Made by a program: the position numbers and the translations under genes. Under the pieces are notes generated by a model. It was not told where the DNA came from. It worked only from the letters and a program-made list of their open reading frames with translations, and did not search any database. Positions 1 through 8,307 of a DNA stretch of 24,162 nt are shown piece by piece; position 1 is the stretch's first letter; each line of letters opens with the position of its first letter. Origin of the DNA: a virus (Duplodnaviria > Caudoviricetes); IMG/VR virus record IMGVR_UViG_3300032266_000031, positions 1 through 24,162 of that record; one strand, 5' to 3'.

Positions 1-2
1 CA

Positions 3-1871
3 GGCGCTAAAGTCATTCCTGTTGATGACAATGCCGACATTGAAATTGCTGAAATCTTTAATGGCATGATTCGGCATATTGAGTATCGTTCTGACGAAGA
101 TGTGGCGTACGATACAGCTTGCGAGAACCAAGTGGCTTACGGGGAGGGCTACATACGCCTTCTGACTGAGTATTGCGACGACGATACGTTTGAGCAAGAC
201 ATCAAGATTGGCCGGATTCGCAATTCGTTCTCGGTCTACATGGACCCGACCATGCAAGACCCGACTGGCGCGGATGCCAAGTATTGCTTTGTCACGGAAG
301 ACCTGACAAAAGAAGAATATGAGCGCATTTACCCCAATTCTGCGCCCATTACCACATTGCAGTCGCTGGGTGTAGGCGACCAGTCTATTTCTAACTGGTT
401 GAATGAGGACACAATCCGCATTGCAGACTACTACTACATAGACTACGACCGCGCAACACTGAATTTGTACCCTGGCAACCAAACAGCCTTTGCTGGGACG
501 CCTGAAGATAAGCAATTGAAAGCGTTTTACGGCAAGCCTATCAAGTCACGCGAGTCTGACCGCCCCAAGGTGCGCTATTGCAAGATTAATGGCTACGAAA
601 TCCTTGAGCAGCGGGAATGGGCAGGCAAGTGGATACCTGTTATTCGCATTGTTGGCAATGAGTTTGAGGTAGATGGCCGTCTGTACGTCAGCGGCTTGGT
701 TCGTAACGCCAAAGACGCCCAGCGTATGTACAACTATTGGGTGTCCCAAGAAGCAGAGATGCTGGCCTTGGCTCCCAAAGCACCATTTATTGGTTATGGT
801 GGTCAGTTTGAGGGTTACGAAGACAAGTGGAAGACCGCAAATACCCAGAATTGGCCGTATTTGGAGGTTAATCCTGATGTTACGGACGGCCAAGGCGCCG
901 TTATGCCATTACCACAACGTGCCCAGCCGCCAATGGCTTCTAGCGGGCTGTTGCAGGCAAAGGCAGGCGCGGCAGAGGACATTAAATCTACTACCGGTCA
1001 ATACAACGCATCTTTGGGCATGGGTTCCAACGAGCGTAGCGGTAAAGCCATCCTTGCGCGTCAGCGTGAGGGCGATGTTGGGACTTACCACTATGGTGAC
1101 AACCTAGCCCGTGGTGTGCGGCACATTGCGCGTCAATTGGTGGACATGATCCCCAAGATTTACGACACGCAGCGCATTGCCCGCATCATTGGTGAGGACG
1201 GCGAGACAAAGATGGTCAAGATTAACCCTGACCAACCCCAGCCAGTCAATAAAATTGTGGACGAGCAGGGCGTGGTCATTGAGAAGATTTACAACCCCGG
1301 CGTAGGCAAGTACGACGTGGTGGCGACCACCGGCCCAGGCTATGCGACCAAACGTCAAGAGGCGCTAGAAGCAATGGCACAACTGTTGCAAGGCAATCCT
1401 CAACTGTGGTCTGTTGCCGGTGACCTCTTTGTCAAGAACATGGACTGGCCTGGTGCCCAAGAGATGTCCAAACGCTTTGCCAAGACCATTGACCCCAAAC
1501 TCATGGGTGATGGTGAGGATAATCCCGCTTTGGCTGCTGCCCAGCAACAGATGCAGGCGATGGGTGCCGAGATGGAGCAGATGCACTCTATGCTGCAAAA
1601 TGTTTCCAAGTCTATGGAAGCGCAGGACATGAAGCGCAAGGACTATGAGGCAGAAATCAAAGCCTACCAAGCTGAAACGCAACGTATCTCTGCTGTGCAA
1701 GCAGGAATGAACCCTGAACAGATTCAAGATATTGTGATGGGTACAATTGCCGCGGCTTTGGACACTGGTGATTTAATTGGTCAAATGCCAAACCGTGAAT
1801 CCATGCAAGAAATGCCAATGCAAGAAATGCCAATGCAAGGCCAACCAATGCCGCAAGGAATGCCACAATGA
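3..1871 (+). CDS. Portal protein, P22 gp1-like (5'-truncated)
   Basis: Frame is open from nt 3 (GAKVIPVDDNADIEIAEIFNGMIRHIEY), so the true start is upstream of the window. Has P22-type portal motifs (GEGYIR, SGLVRNAKDAQRMYNY, SGKAILARQREG, GKYDV..GPGYATKRQEA), a Q/M-rich C-terminal coiled coil, and lies upstream of scaffold and coat. Confidence 0.92.
   Translation, partial: GAKVIPVDDNADIEIAEIFNGMIRHIEYRSDEDVAYDTACENQVAYGEGYIRLLTEYCDDDTFEQDIKIGRIRNSFSVYMDPTMQDPTGADAKYCFVTEDLTKEEYERIYPNSAPITTLQSLGVGDQSISNWLNEDTIRIADYYYIDYDRATLNLYPGNQTAFAGTPEDKQLKAFYGKPIKSRESDRPKVRYCKINGYEILEQREWAGKWIPVIRIVGNEFEVDGRLYVSGLVRNAKDAQRMYNYWVSQEAEMLALAPKAPFIGYGGQFEGYEDKWKTANTQNWPYLEVNPDVTDGQGAVMPLPQRAQPPMASSGLLQAKAGAAEDIKSTTGQYNASLGMGSNERSGKAILARQREGDVGTYHYGDNLARGVRHIARQLVDMIPKIYDTQRIARIIGEDGETKMVKINPDQPQPVNKIVDEQGVVIEKIYNPGVGKYDVVATTGPGYATKRQEALEAMAQLLQGNPQLWSVAGDLFVKNMDWPGAQEMSKRFAKTIDPKLMGDGEDNPALAAAQQQMQAMGAEMEQMHSMLQNVSKSMEAQDMKRKDYEAEIKAYQAETQRISAVQAGMNPEQIQDIVMGTIAAALDTGDLIGQMPNRESMQEMPMQEMPMQGQPMPQGMPQ
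1803..1847 (+). repeat. In-frame 15-nt tandem repeat in portal C-terminus (MQEMP x2 + MQGQP)
   Basis: ATGCAAGAAATGCCA ATGCAAGAAATGCCA ATGCAAGGCCAACCA read directly. Confidence 0.85.
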
Positions 1872-2230
1872 AAGCCTGTGATTTTATAGGATTGCTGTTT
1901 TTGGCTAGGGATGTGACGCACTCGGTGCATTTGAACACCCGCAGCTACTCCAAGCACGTTGCTCTGAACATCTTTTATGACCGCATCATTGGTGCTGCTG
2001 ATGACTTTGCTGAAGCCTACCAAGGTCGTCACGGTCTAATTGGCCCCATTACCCTGCATTCAGCGCAAAAGACAACCAATGTCATTGAGTTCCTGCAAGA
2101 CTCCCTTGCCCAGATTGAGGCTGGCCGGTATGAAATCTGCGATAAAACAGATTCATCTTTGCAGCAGTTGATTGACAATATCATTGAAATTTACTTGCGT
2201 ACCTTGTACAAACTTCGGTTCCTAGCATGA
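1868..2230 (+). CDS. Dps/ferritin-like four-helix-bundle protein (DUF5856-like)
   Basis: HSVHLN..SYSKHVAL..FYD.....DDFAEAYQG matches the Dps pattern HWN...HxxL..F...DxxAE. ATGA overlap with the portal stop. Confidence 0.7.
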   Translation: MKACDFIGLLFLARDVTHSVHLNTRSYSKHVALNIFYDRIIGAADDFAEAYQGRHGLIGPITLHSAQKTTNVIEFLQDSLAQIEAGRYEICDKTDSSLQQLIDNIIEIYLRTLYKLRFLA

Positions 2231-2415
2231 TTGAAATCAACTTTACCCTAAGCCAGCCTGACGAGAGCTACAAGTTCTCGGATACGCTACTCTTGGCTGA
2301 CGATCATGGCATGACTGACGCTGAGATTGAAGCCATGAAGCAGGCGCGGTATGACAAATGGTATGACTACATTACCAATCCACCGCCAGTGGTTGATGAG
2401 CCTGTTGAGGAATAA
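2227..2415 (+). CDS. Small acidic hypothetical protein, probable partner of the downstream fibre
   Basis: 62 aa, ATGA overlap with the previous gene, 2 nt before the next start. Confidence 0.75.
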   Translation: MIEINFTLSQPDESYKFSDTLLLADDHGMTDAEIEAMKQARYDKWYDYITNPPPVVDEPVEE

Positions 2416-2417
2416 TT

Positions 2418-4031
2418 ATGGCTACTAAATATTGGACTGCTGGTGGTAATGGGAATTGGAGTAGTGCAACCAATTGGTCTACCACTTCTGGTTCTGGAAG
2501 AACTGCAAATACAACTGCACCGGGGACTACAGACGCGGCAGTATTTGATGCTATATCTGGTTCTGGTACAGCCACGCTTGATATTAGCCCAACAATTCAA
2601 ACTCTTACCTGCACAGGTTTTACAGGTACTCTTGCCTTTGGCGCAAATACAATTACTCTAACCAACACAGGCAATGTGTTTATTGGCGCTACAACTATGT
2701 CTGTCAGCGGTACGCCGTTGATCATTCTAAACAACGCAACTACAACTGCAACCAGAACTATTAATGCAACAGCAGTTACTGAAGCAAACAGCATTTCGTT
2801 CAACATTACTGCTGGTTCTGGTACAGCAGTGCTTACTGTAACTGGCTCTGGCGCAGTTCGGGATTTAAATTTTACAGGTTATACAGGATCACACAACTCT
2901 ACTTCTTACACTATGTATGGAAGTCTTACCTTGGGTACTGGAATGACTGTTACCGCTGGCTCAACAACAACATTTGCAGCTACGTCAGGCACCAAGACAA
3001 TTACCACTAACAGCGTTACGTTTGATAAAGGTATTACTTTTAATGGTGCCGGTGGAACTTTTCAACTTGTTGGAGCGTTAACTTCTGGTAATTCCCGCAC
3101 TTGCACGCTTACCGCTGGTACGCTTGACCTTAACAACAACACGTTAACCATAGGTCAATTTGCTAGCAATAATGCAAACGTAAGAACTCTTGCTTTTGGT
3201 AGTAGCGGCATTATTACTATTACGTCATCATCAACTACTAGTAACTTAACAGTTTTTACCACATCTGATTCAACTAATCTTACTATTACTGGAAATGGTA
3301 ATGTTTATGTAACTGGCAATTCTTCTGGATTTATTCGATCTATTTTGCCAGGATTAATAAGTTCTAGCGGTACTGAATCTAATTCTTTAAACTTTTTTAT
3401 TACTACTGGCTCTGATACTATAAGTTTTGGAACATCTTCTAGGGTTTTTAATAGCATTACATTTAATAATGGCTTTACTGGAAATTTAGCGGCAGATGCA
3501 GCGCCATACATATATGGCAATTTAATTCTTTCTGTCAACATGACAGTTACAGGAGGCACAAACGCATGGGTTTTTGCTGCAACATCTGGAATTAACGTAT
3601 TTGACACCGGAAACTTGTCAATTATTGATAACCCTATTACATTTAGCGGTGTTGCTGGAAGAATAATTAAAACTTTAACTCTTGGGTCTACTAGAGCATT
3701 AACCTTAACCAATGGATCTTTGCAAATAAGTGAGTATGCTGGCACTCATACAGTTGGCTCTTTTGTAACTACAGGTTCAACTTTAAAGTATTTAGATAGC
3801 ATAGATGGTGGGCAACAATTTACCATCAGTGACGCAAGTGGTACAAATTCAGTAAGTTATTTATCAATTGCAAATAGCAACGCCATAGGAGGCGCTACTT
3901 TTAACGCCTTTTATGATTTAGGCAACATCAATGCGGGTAACAACTCGGGTTGGTATTTTGGTGATTCGCCAACCCTTGGCAATGAAATTACAATGCGTCT
4001 GCGCTCATTCACTCAACCTCGGAGATTTTAA
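2418..4031 (+). CDS. Thr/Gly/Ser/Asn-rich beta-helix/adhesin-like virion fibre protein
   Basis: 537 aa with GAGGA RBS. N-terminal YW.GG.GNW....NWS.TSG motif, repeated beta-strand pattern (TLT/ITF/LTL), C-terminal N.GNNSGW.F. Lies in the structural operon. Confidence 0.7.
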   Translation: MATKYWTAGGNGNWSSATNWSTTSGSGRTANTTAPGTTDAAVFDAISGSGTATLDISPTIQTLTCTGFTGTLAFGANTITLTNTGNVFIGATTMSVSGTPLIILNNATTTATRTINATAVTEANSISFNITAGSGTAVLTVTGSGAVRDLNFTGYTGSHNSTSYTMYGSLTLGTGMTVTAGSTTTFAATSGTKTITTNSVTFDKGITFNGAGGTFQLVGALTSGNSRTCTLTAGTLDLNNNTLTIGQFASNNANVRTLAFGSSGIITITSSSTTSNLTVFTTSDSTNLTITGNGNVYVTGNSSGFIRSILPGLISSSGTESNSLNFFITTGSDTISFGTSSRVFNSITFNNGFTGNLAADAAPYIYGNLILSVNMTVTGGTNAWVFAATSGINVFDTGNLSIIDNPITFSGVAGRIIKTLTLGSTRALTLTNGSLQISEYAGTHTVGSFVTTGSTLKYLDSIDGGQQFTISDASGTNSVSYLSIANSNAIGGATFNAFYDLGNINAGNNSGWYFGDSPTLGNEITMRLRSFTQPRRF

Positions 4032-4033
4032 TC

Positions 4034-4339
4034 ATGTCCATGAATCTGAAAGCTGTAACGACCTGCATGGGTTACCAGCAAGTCACTAGCCTGTCCAGCG
4101 CCACAAACTTGACGGTTCCCCAAAGAACGCTTAACGGCCTTAACGCCAAGCCGGTGTTTGCTTTGATCATTGCTGAAGGCCAGGCTGTGCGGTGGCGTGA
4201 TGACAAGATTTCTCCTACGGCTTCCGTTGGTATGCCCTTGGCAGTTGGCATCCCTTTGCAGTACGATGGTGACATCACCAACATCCAGTTCATTGAGCAA
4301 GTCTCTGGCGCTACTTTGAACATCAGCTACTACGCATAA
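4034..4339 (+). CDS. Small beta-rich putative virion protein (possible vertex or fibre-base protein)
   Basis: 101 aa with GGAGA RBS and AE.QAVRWRDD..PTASVGMPL segment, between two fibre genes. Function is inferred. Confidence 0.6.
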   Translation: MSMNLKAVTTCMGYQQVTSLSSATNLTVPQRTLNGLNAKPVFALIIAEGQAVRWRDDKISPTASVGMPLAVGIPLQYDGDITNIQFIEQVSGATLNISYYA

Positions 4340-4348
4340 GGTTTAACT

Positions 4349-5554
4349 ATGGCCGTCAATCTTTCCCCGCTTGCCGGTGCTGGCTGGCAATTCTTTGACA
4401 ATAGCGGTGTCATATTGTCTGGCGGCCTGCTATATACCTATGCCGCTGGCACAACCACACCGCAAGCAACCTACACCAGTTCTAGCGGTTCAATTGCCAA
4501 CAGCAATCCGATTGTTCTGGATTCTGCTGGTCGTGTCTCAGGTGAGATTTGGCTAACCAGCACTCTGACATACAAGTTTGTTCTAAAAACGTCTACCGGA
4601 ACAACTATTGGCACTTACGACAACATATCTAGCGTTCCTGCTAGTGTGACTGCTGATTTGTCTACGTTTGCCTTAAAGGGCGCTAATACCGACATTACCA
4701 GCTTGGCAAGCCCTGCCCTTGGTTCAGCTACTGCAACGACACAAGCGGCTGGTGATAGTACCACCAAGGTTGCAACAACGGCATTTGTCACCACGGCAGT
4801 TGGCTCTGACATAGTTTCATTTCCAAATCCAACGCTTTCGGGAACAATGACGTTACCGGCGTCTACTTCTCCAATTACTCTTGCATTTCGATCAACTACC
4901 GCTAGTTCTGGTCTTGCGACTACCGTAACCGGCACTCCTGCCGCTTTAGTAATAAATGCTGGTGCTACTCTTGGAACCGTAAGCACCCTGCAAAGCACAA
5001 TTGTTGAAGTGCTTATTAACAATGCAGGAACCTTAGAACGTGCTGTTGTTAACTTGGCTGGCGGCAATGATTTGTCAGAAACGGGTTTAATTAGCACCAC
5101 CGCTATTACTAGCGGCGCTACATCGGCTAATGTGTTTTACTCAACAACGGCTAGAAGTAGTGTTGCTTACCGAGTAGTGAGAACGATTACTTCAACACAA
5201 GCAACTGCCGGTACATGGGTGACAACACCAACTCTTGTACAAGGATATGGCGGCAATGCGTTGAACTCAATGAGTAGCTTGGGATATGGGCAGAATTGGC
5301 AAAACCCTACAAGGGCACTTGCTACTTGGTATTACAACACTACTGGCAAACCAATTTTTGTAATAATTTCGGCTGGCGCGGGTGCATTGGCTACTGCATA
5401 TGTTTTTACCGGCGCAAACACCATTACCTACCAAACATTTGCCCAGAATACAAGTGCAACATTTACTCCGCTTTTTTCTTTTATGGTTCCCCCCAACTTT
5501 GCTTATCGTCATGACGCGTCATATCCAGTAGTTAATTGGGCCGAACTTCGTTAA
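4349..5554 (+). CDS. Tail fibre / receptor-binding protein with N-terminal virion-attachment domain
   Basis: N-terminal QFFDNSG..LSGGLLYTYAAGTTTP...NPIVLDSAGR (P22 head-binding-like anchor). Fibre repeat TTQAAGDSTTKVATTAFV. C-terminal LGYGQNWQ...YYNTTGKPI...WAELR tip motif. Confidence 0.8.
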   Translation: MAVNLSPLAGAGWQFFDNSGVILSGGLLYTYAAGTTTPQATYTSSSGSIANSNPIVLDSAGRVSGEIWLTSTLTYKFVLKTSTGTTIGTYDNISSVPASVTADLSTFALKGANTDITSLASPALGSATATTQAAGDSTTKVATTAFVTTAVGSDIVSFPNPTLSGTMTLPASTSPITLAFRSTTASSGLATTVTGTPAALVINAGATLGTVSTLQSTIVEVLINNAGTLERAVVNLAGGNDLSETGLISTTAITSGATSANVFYSTTARSSVAYRVVRTITSTQATAGTWVTTPTLVQGYGGNALNSMSSLGYGQNWQNPTRALATWYYNTTGKPIFVIISAGAGALATAYVFTGANTITYQTFAQNTSATFTPLFSFMVPPNFAYRHDASYPVVNWAELR

Positions 5555-5563
5555 GGATTAACA

Positions 5564-5710
5564 ATGCCACATTACAAAGCACCCGACAATTCACTTCATT
5601 TTCTTGATTCACAAGAATACGAATACTTGCTTCCTGCTGGCTCAGTTCAGATTACTGATGAAGAGGCTAATGAAATCCGTGAGGCAATTGTTGCTTCAAA
5701 AGAAAATTAA
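5564..5710 (+). CDS. 48-aa protein, possible short tail-fibre assembly chaperone (absent from ORF track)
   Basis: AAGGA RBS, then MPHYKAPDNSLHFLDSQEYEYLLPAGSVQITDEEANEIREAIVASKEN*, directly after the fibre gene. Confidence 0.7.
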   Translation: MPHYKAPDNSLHFLDSQEYEYLLPAGSVQITDEEANEIREAIVASKEN

Positions 5711-5718
5711 GGCATAAT
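5691..5718 (+). promoter_or_regulatory. Possible sigma70 promoter upstream of scaffold-coat
   Basis: TTGCTT (5691-5696), 16-nt A-rich spacer, CATAAT (5713-5718). Confidence 0.35.
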
Positions 5719-5731
5719 GCCGGAAAACGTA

Positions 5732-5762
5732 CCGGTGCGTTCATCGGGGAATCTTAGGATTC
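5732..5762 (+). promoter_or_regulatory. Two-hairpin leader occluding the scaffold Shine-Dalgarno
   Basis: CCGGTG-CGTT-CATCGG (6 bp, one G-U) then GAATC-TTAG-GATTC, which contains AGGA 8 nt before ATG 5768. Confidence 0.55.
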
Positions 5763-5767
5763 AATAA

Positions 5768-6559
5768 ATGTCAGAAGAAACCTTAGCGGAAGTTGACTCC
5801 GTGTCAGCTACAGAAACGGCGGCCGTTTCTGAATTGCCTGTAGCGCCCGAAAGCGCACTTGTAGCCGAGAATCAACCCAACGAGGCTGAGGAAAAAAGAT
5901 TTTCCAAATCCGACATTGAAGAGATTTTTGAAAAACGCATTGCAAAAGAAAGACGGAAATTAGAGCGAGAATACGCGCAACGTGCTGCGGAAACGCAAAT
6001 CGTAAAGGCTCCAGCAGCCACCTCTGTTGAGCAATTTGAAAACCCTGAAGCCTATGCGGAAGCATTGGCATATCAGAAAGCAGAAGAATTGCTTGCTAGA
6101 CGGGAAGCTGCAAAGCACCAGTCGCAAGTTCTTGAAAGCTATCAGGAGCGTGAAGAAGTAGCGCGGGATAAATACGATGACTTCGAACAAGTCGCGTACA
6201 ACCCCAAACTAAGTATCACGAACGTGATGGCTGAAACGATCCAGTCCTCGGATATTGGGCCTGAGTTAGCTTACTACCTCGGTTCAAACCCAAAAGATGC
6301 AGATCGTATCGCCCGTTTGACGCCTTTTATGCAGGCAAAAGAGATTGGGAAAATCGAAGCCAAATTGGCCGCTGAACCTCCCATGAAAAGAACAACGTCT
6401 GCGCCCGCGCCGATTTCGCCTGTTAATGCACGATCCTCTGGATCGCCGTCACATGACACTACTGACCCACGGTCTATCAAGACTATGACGGTCAGCCAGT
6501 GGATTGATGCAGAACGTGCAAGGCAGGTGAAAAAGTACGAAGCACAGCGTATCCGCTAA
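5768..6559 (+). CDS. Scaffolding protein (P22 gp8 position)
   Basis: Acidic, helical, E/A/K-rich. GPELAYYLG.NP..A.RI....EIGKIEAKL motif, basic C-terminal helix, immediately upstream of coat. Confidence 0.85.
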   Translation: MSEETLAEVDSVSATETAAVSELPVAPESALVAENQPNEAEEKRFSKSDIEEIFEKRIAKERRKLEREYAQRAAETQIVKAPAATSVEQFENPEAYAEALAYQKAEELLARREAAKHQSQVLESYQEREEVARDKYDDFEQVAYNPKLSITNVMAETIQSSDIGPELAYYLGSNPKDADRIARLTPFMQAKEIGKIEAKLAAEPPMKRTTSAPAPISPVNARSSGSPSHDTTDPRSIKTMTVSQWIDAERARQVKKYEAQRIR

Positions 6560-6580
6560 TTTTTTATAAAGGACTTTATT

Positions 6581-7789
6581 ATGTCTAATTCGATTCTAAC
6601 CATTGATATGATCACAAGGAAGGCTTTAGAAATCCTTGAAAACAACCTGGTACTCACCCGTAACGTGAACCGCCAGTACGATGACAGCTTCGCCGTGCAA
6701 GGTGCCAAGATCGGCTCCACACTGCGTATCCGTCTGCCCGACCGCGCTTTGGTAACTGACGGTGCCGCCCTGCAAGTTCAGGACGACAACGAGCAGTTCA
6801 CCACTTTGTCTGTTGCCAGCCAGAAGCACATTGGTGTTAACTTCACCTCTGCTGAACTGACCATGCAATTGGACGACTTCGCAGAGCGTGTGTTGAAGCC
6901 TCGTATCAGCCAATTGGCCTCCAGCATTGATGCTGACGTTGCCAATGCGTTCAAAACCATCGGTAACTCTGTCGGCACCCCTGGCACCACTCCTTCTACT
7001 TCTTTGGTGCTGTTGCAAGCCCAGCAGAAGCTGAACGAGAACGCCGCTGTGATGTCGCCTCGTTACGCCACCGTCAACCCAGCCGCTAACGCTGGATTGG
7101 TTGAAGGCATGAAAGGTTTGTTCAACCCCACCGACACTATCAGCAAGCAGTTCAAGAACGGCATGATGGGTACTGGCGTATTGGGATTTGAAGAAATCAA
7201 TATGTCTCAGTCGATCAAGCAGTTCACGACTGGTTCGCGTAGCGCTACCGCTTCCACGACCACCGGCGCTGCTGTAACCTCTGAAGGCGCTACTAGCCTG
7301 ACCTTGGCTCAAGGTTCGGTGACTACGACCATCAAGGCTGGCGATGTGTTTACGATTGCTGACTCCTACTCTGTGAACCCACAAACCCGTGAAACCACCG
7401 GTTCGTTGTTCCAGTTTGTTGCTTTGGCTGACGCAACCGCTGTGTCTGGTACTTGGACCGTGACTGTGGCTCCTATGTACTCGGCTACAAGCGCCTTGGC
7501 TACGATGGATGCGCTGCCTGCAAATAGCAAGGCTGTGACGTTCTTGGGTACTGCTTCTACGGCTTATCCTCAGAACTTGGTCTACCACAAGGACGCTATC
7601 ACGTTTGCTACGGCTGACCTGTTGCTGCCCCAAGGTGTTGACATGGCTGCTCGCGCAGTTCACAACGGTATCAGCCTGCGTGTTGTTCGTCAGTACGACA
7701 TCAACAATGACCGTATGCCTTGCCGTATTGACGTTTTGTACGGCTTCAGCACGATCCGTCCTCAGATGGCTTGCCGTCTGTGGGGCTAA
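6581..7789 (+). CDS. Major capsid protein, P22 coat (gp5) family
   Basis: MSNSILT..MITRKALEILENNL, KIGSTLRIRLP, KAGDVFTIA (insertion domain), CRIDVLYG. AAAGGA RBS and high-expression codon bias. Confidence 0.95.
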   Translation: MSNSILTIDMITRKALEILENNLVLTRNVNRQYDDSFAVQGAKIGSTLRIRLPDRALVTDGAALQVQDDNEQFTTLSVASQKHIGVNFTSAELTMQLDDFAERVLKPRISQLASSIDADVANAFKTIGNSVGTPGTTPSTSLVLLQAQQKLNENAAVMSPRYATVNPAANAGLVEGMKGLFNPTDTISKQFKNGMMGTGVLGFEEINMSQSIKQFTTGSRSATASTTTGAAVTSEGATSLTLAQGSVTTTIKAGDVFTIADSYSVNPQTRETTGSLFQFVALADATAVSGTWTVTVAPMYSATSALATMDALPANSKAVTFLGTASTAYPQNLVYHKDAITFATADLLLPQGVDMAARAVHNGISLRVVRQYDINNDRMPCRIDVLYGFSTIRPQMACRLWG

Positions 7790-7796
7790 ATTGAAC

Positions 7797-7816
7797 GGGG
7801 CTTCGGCCCCTTTCTT
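7797..7816 (+). terminator. Intrinsic terminator-like hairpin after coat gene
   Basis: GGGGC-TTCG-GCCCC followed by TTTCTT. Confidence 0.75.
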
Positions 7817-7842
7817 CGTAACATCTTTTTAAGGAAATTATC

Positions 7843-8265
7843 ATGGCTCTTCCAAATGGCGCAGGCGGTTACCAAGTTGGTGACGGCAATCTAACTGAAG
7901 TTCAACTTCACACGCAAGCTACCCCCGCAACGGCAACTGTCACGGCAACACTGACAACTGCTCAACTGCTGAACGGTATCATCTTGGGTACTCCCACCAC
8001 CACCGCAGCGGCTTACACTTTGCCTTTGGCTACTGACGTTGACGCCGCTGTGTCTAGCGCCAAAGTCAATAGCAGTTTTGACTTTGTTGTGGTTAACACC
8101 AATGGCTCTGGCTCTGGCGTGATTACGATCACGACCAACACCGGCTGGTCTATTGGTTCGTCTGGCTCTCAAGGCTTGATGACTGTCACGACTGCTGGTA
8201 CGTCTCAGATGTACCGCGCAGTTAAGACTGGTGACGGTGCTTGGTCTCTGTACCGTATTGCCTAA
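7843..8265 (+). CDS. Putative capsid decoration / minor head protein
   Basis: 140 aa, T/A/G-rich beta pattern, AAGGA RBS, directly after coat. Confidence 0.7.
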   Translation: MALPNGAGGYQVGDGNLTEVQLHTQATPATATVTATLTTAQLLNGIILGTPTTTAAAYTLPLATDVDAAVSSAKVNSSFDFVVVNTNGSGSGVITITTNTGWSIGSSGSQGLMTVTTAGTSQMYRAVKTGDGAWSLYRIA

Positions 8266-8269
8266 ATTT

Positions 8270-8294
8270 AACAGGGGCTTTTGCCCCTGTTTTT
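8270..8294 (+). terminator. Intrinsic terminator-like hairpin
   Basis: AACAGGGGC-TTTT-GCCCCTGTT followed by TTT. Confidence 0.7.
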
Positions 8295-8307
8295 AAAGGA
8301 AACAATT

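Noticed and set aside
1803-1868. Portal C-terminal tandem repeat as a functional array
   Set aside because: In-frame low-complexity M/P/Q tail, ordinary slippage; no spacers.
4349-5554. Tail fibre tip as a diversity-generating retroelement target
   Set aside because: No reverse transcriptase, no second copy of the 3' region noticed in the window, and the tip is not an evident C-type lectin fold.
6626-7663. 345-aa antisense ORF inside the coat gene (and similar shadow ORFs in portal, fibre, gp10-like and ejection genes)
   Set aside because: Lies in codon register opposite a strongly biased gene and has no recognisable motifs; typical antisense shadow.
7605-7832. Alternative frame running past the coat stop (possible programmed frameshift extension)
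   Set aside because: No X XXY YYZ slippery heptamer near the stop. It would add only about 14 aa and stops at 7832 without joining the next gene.
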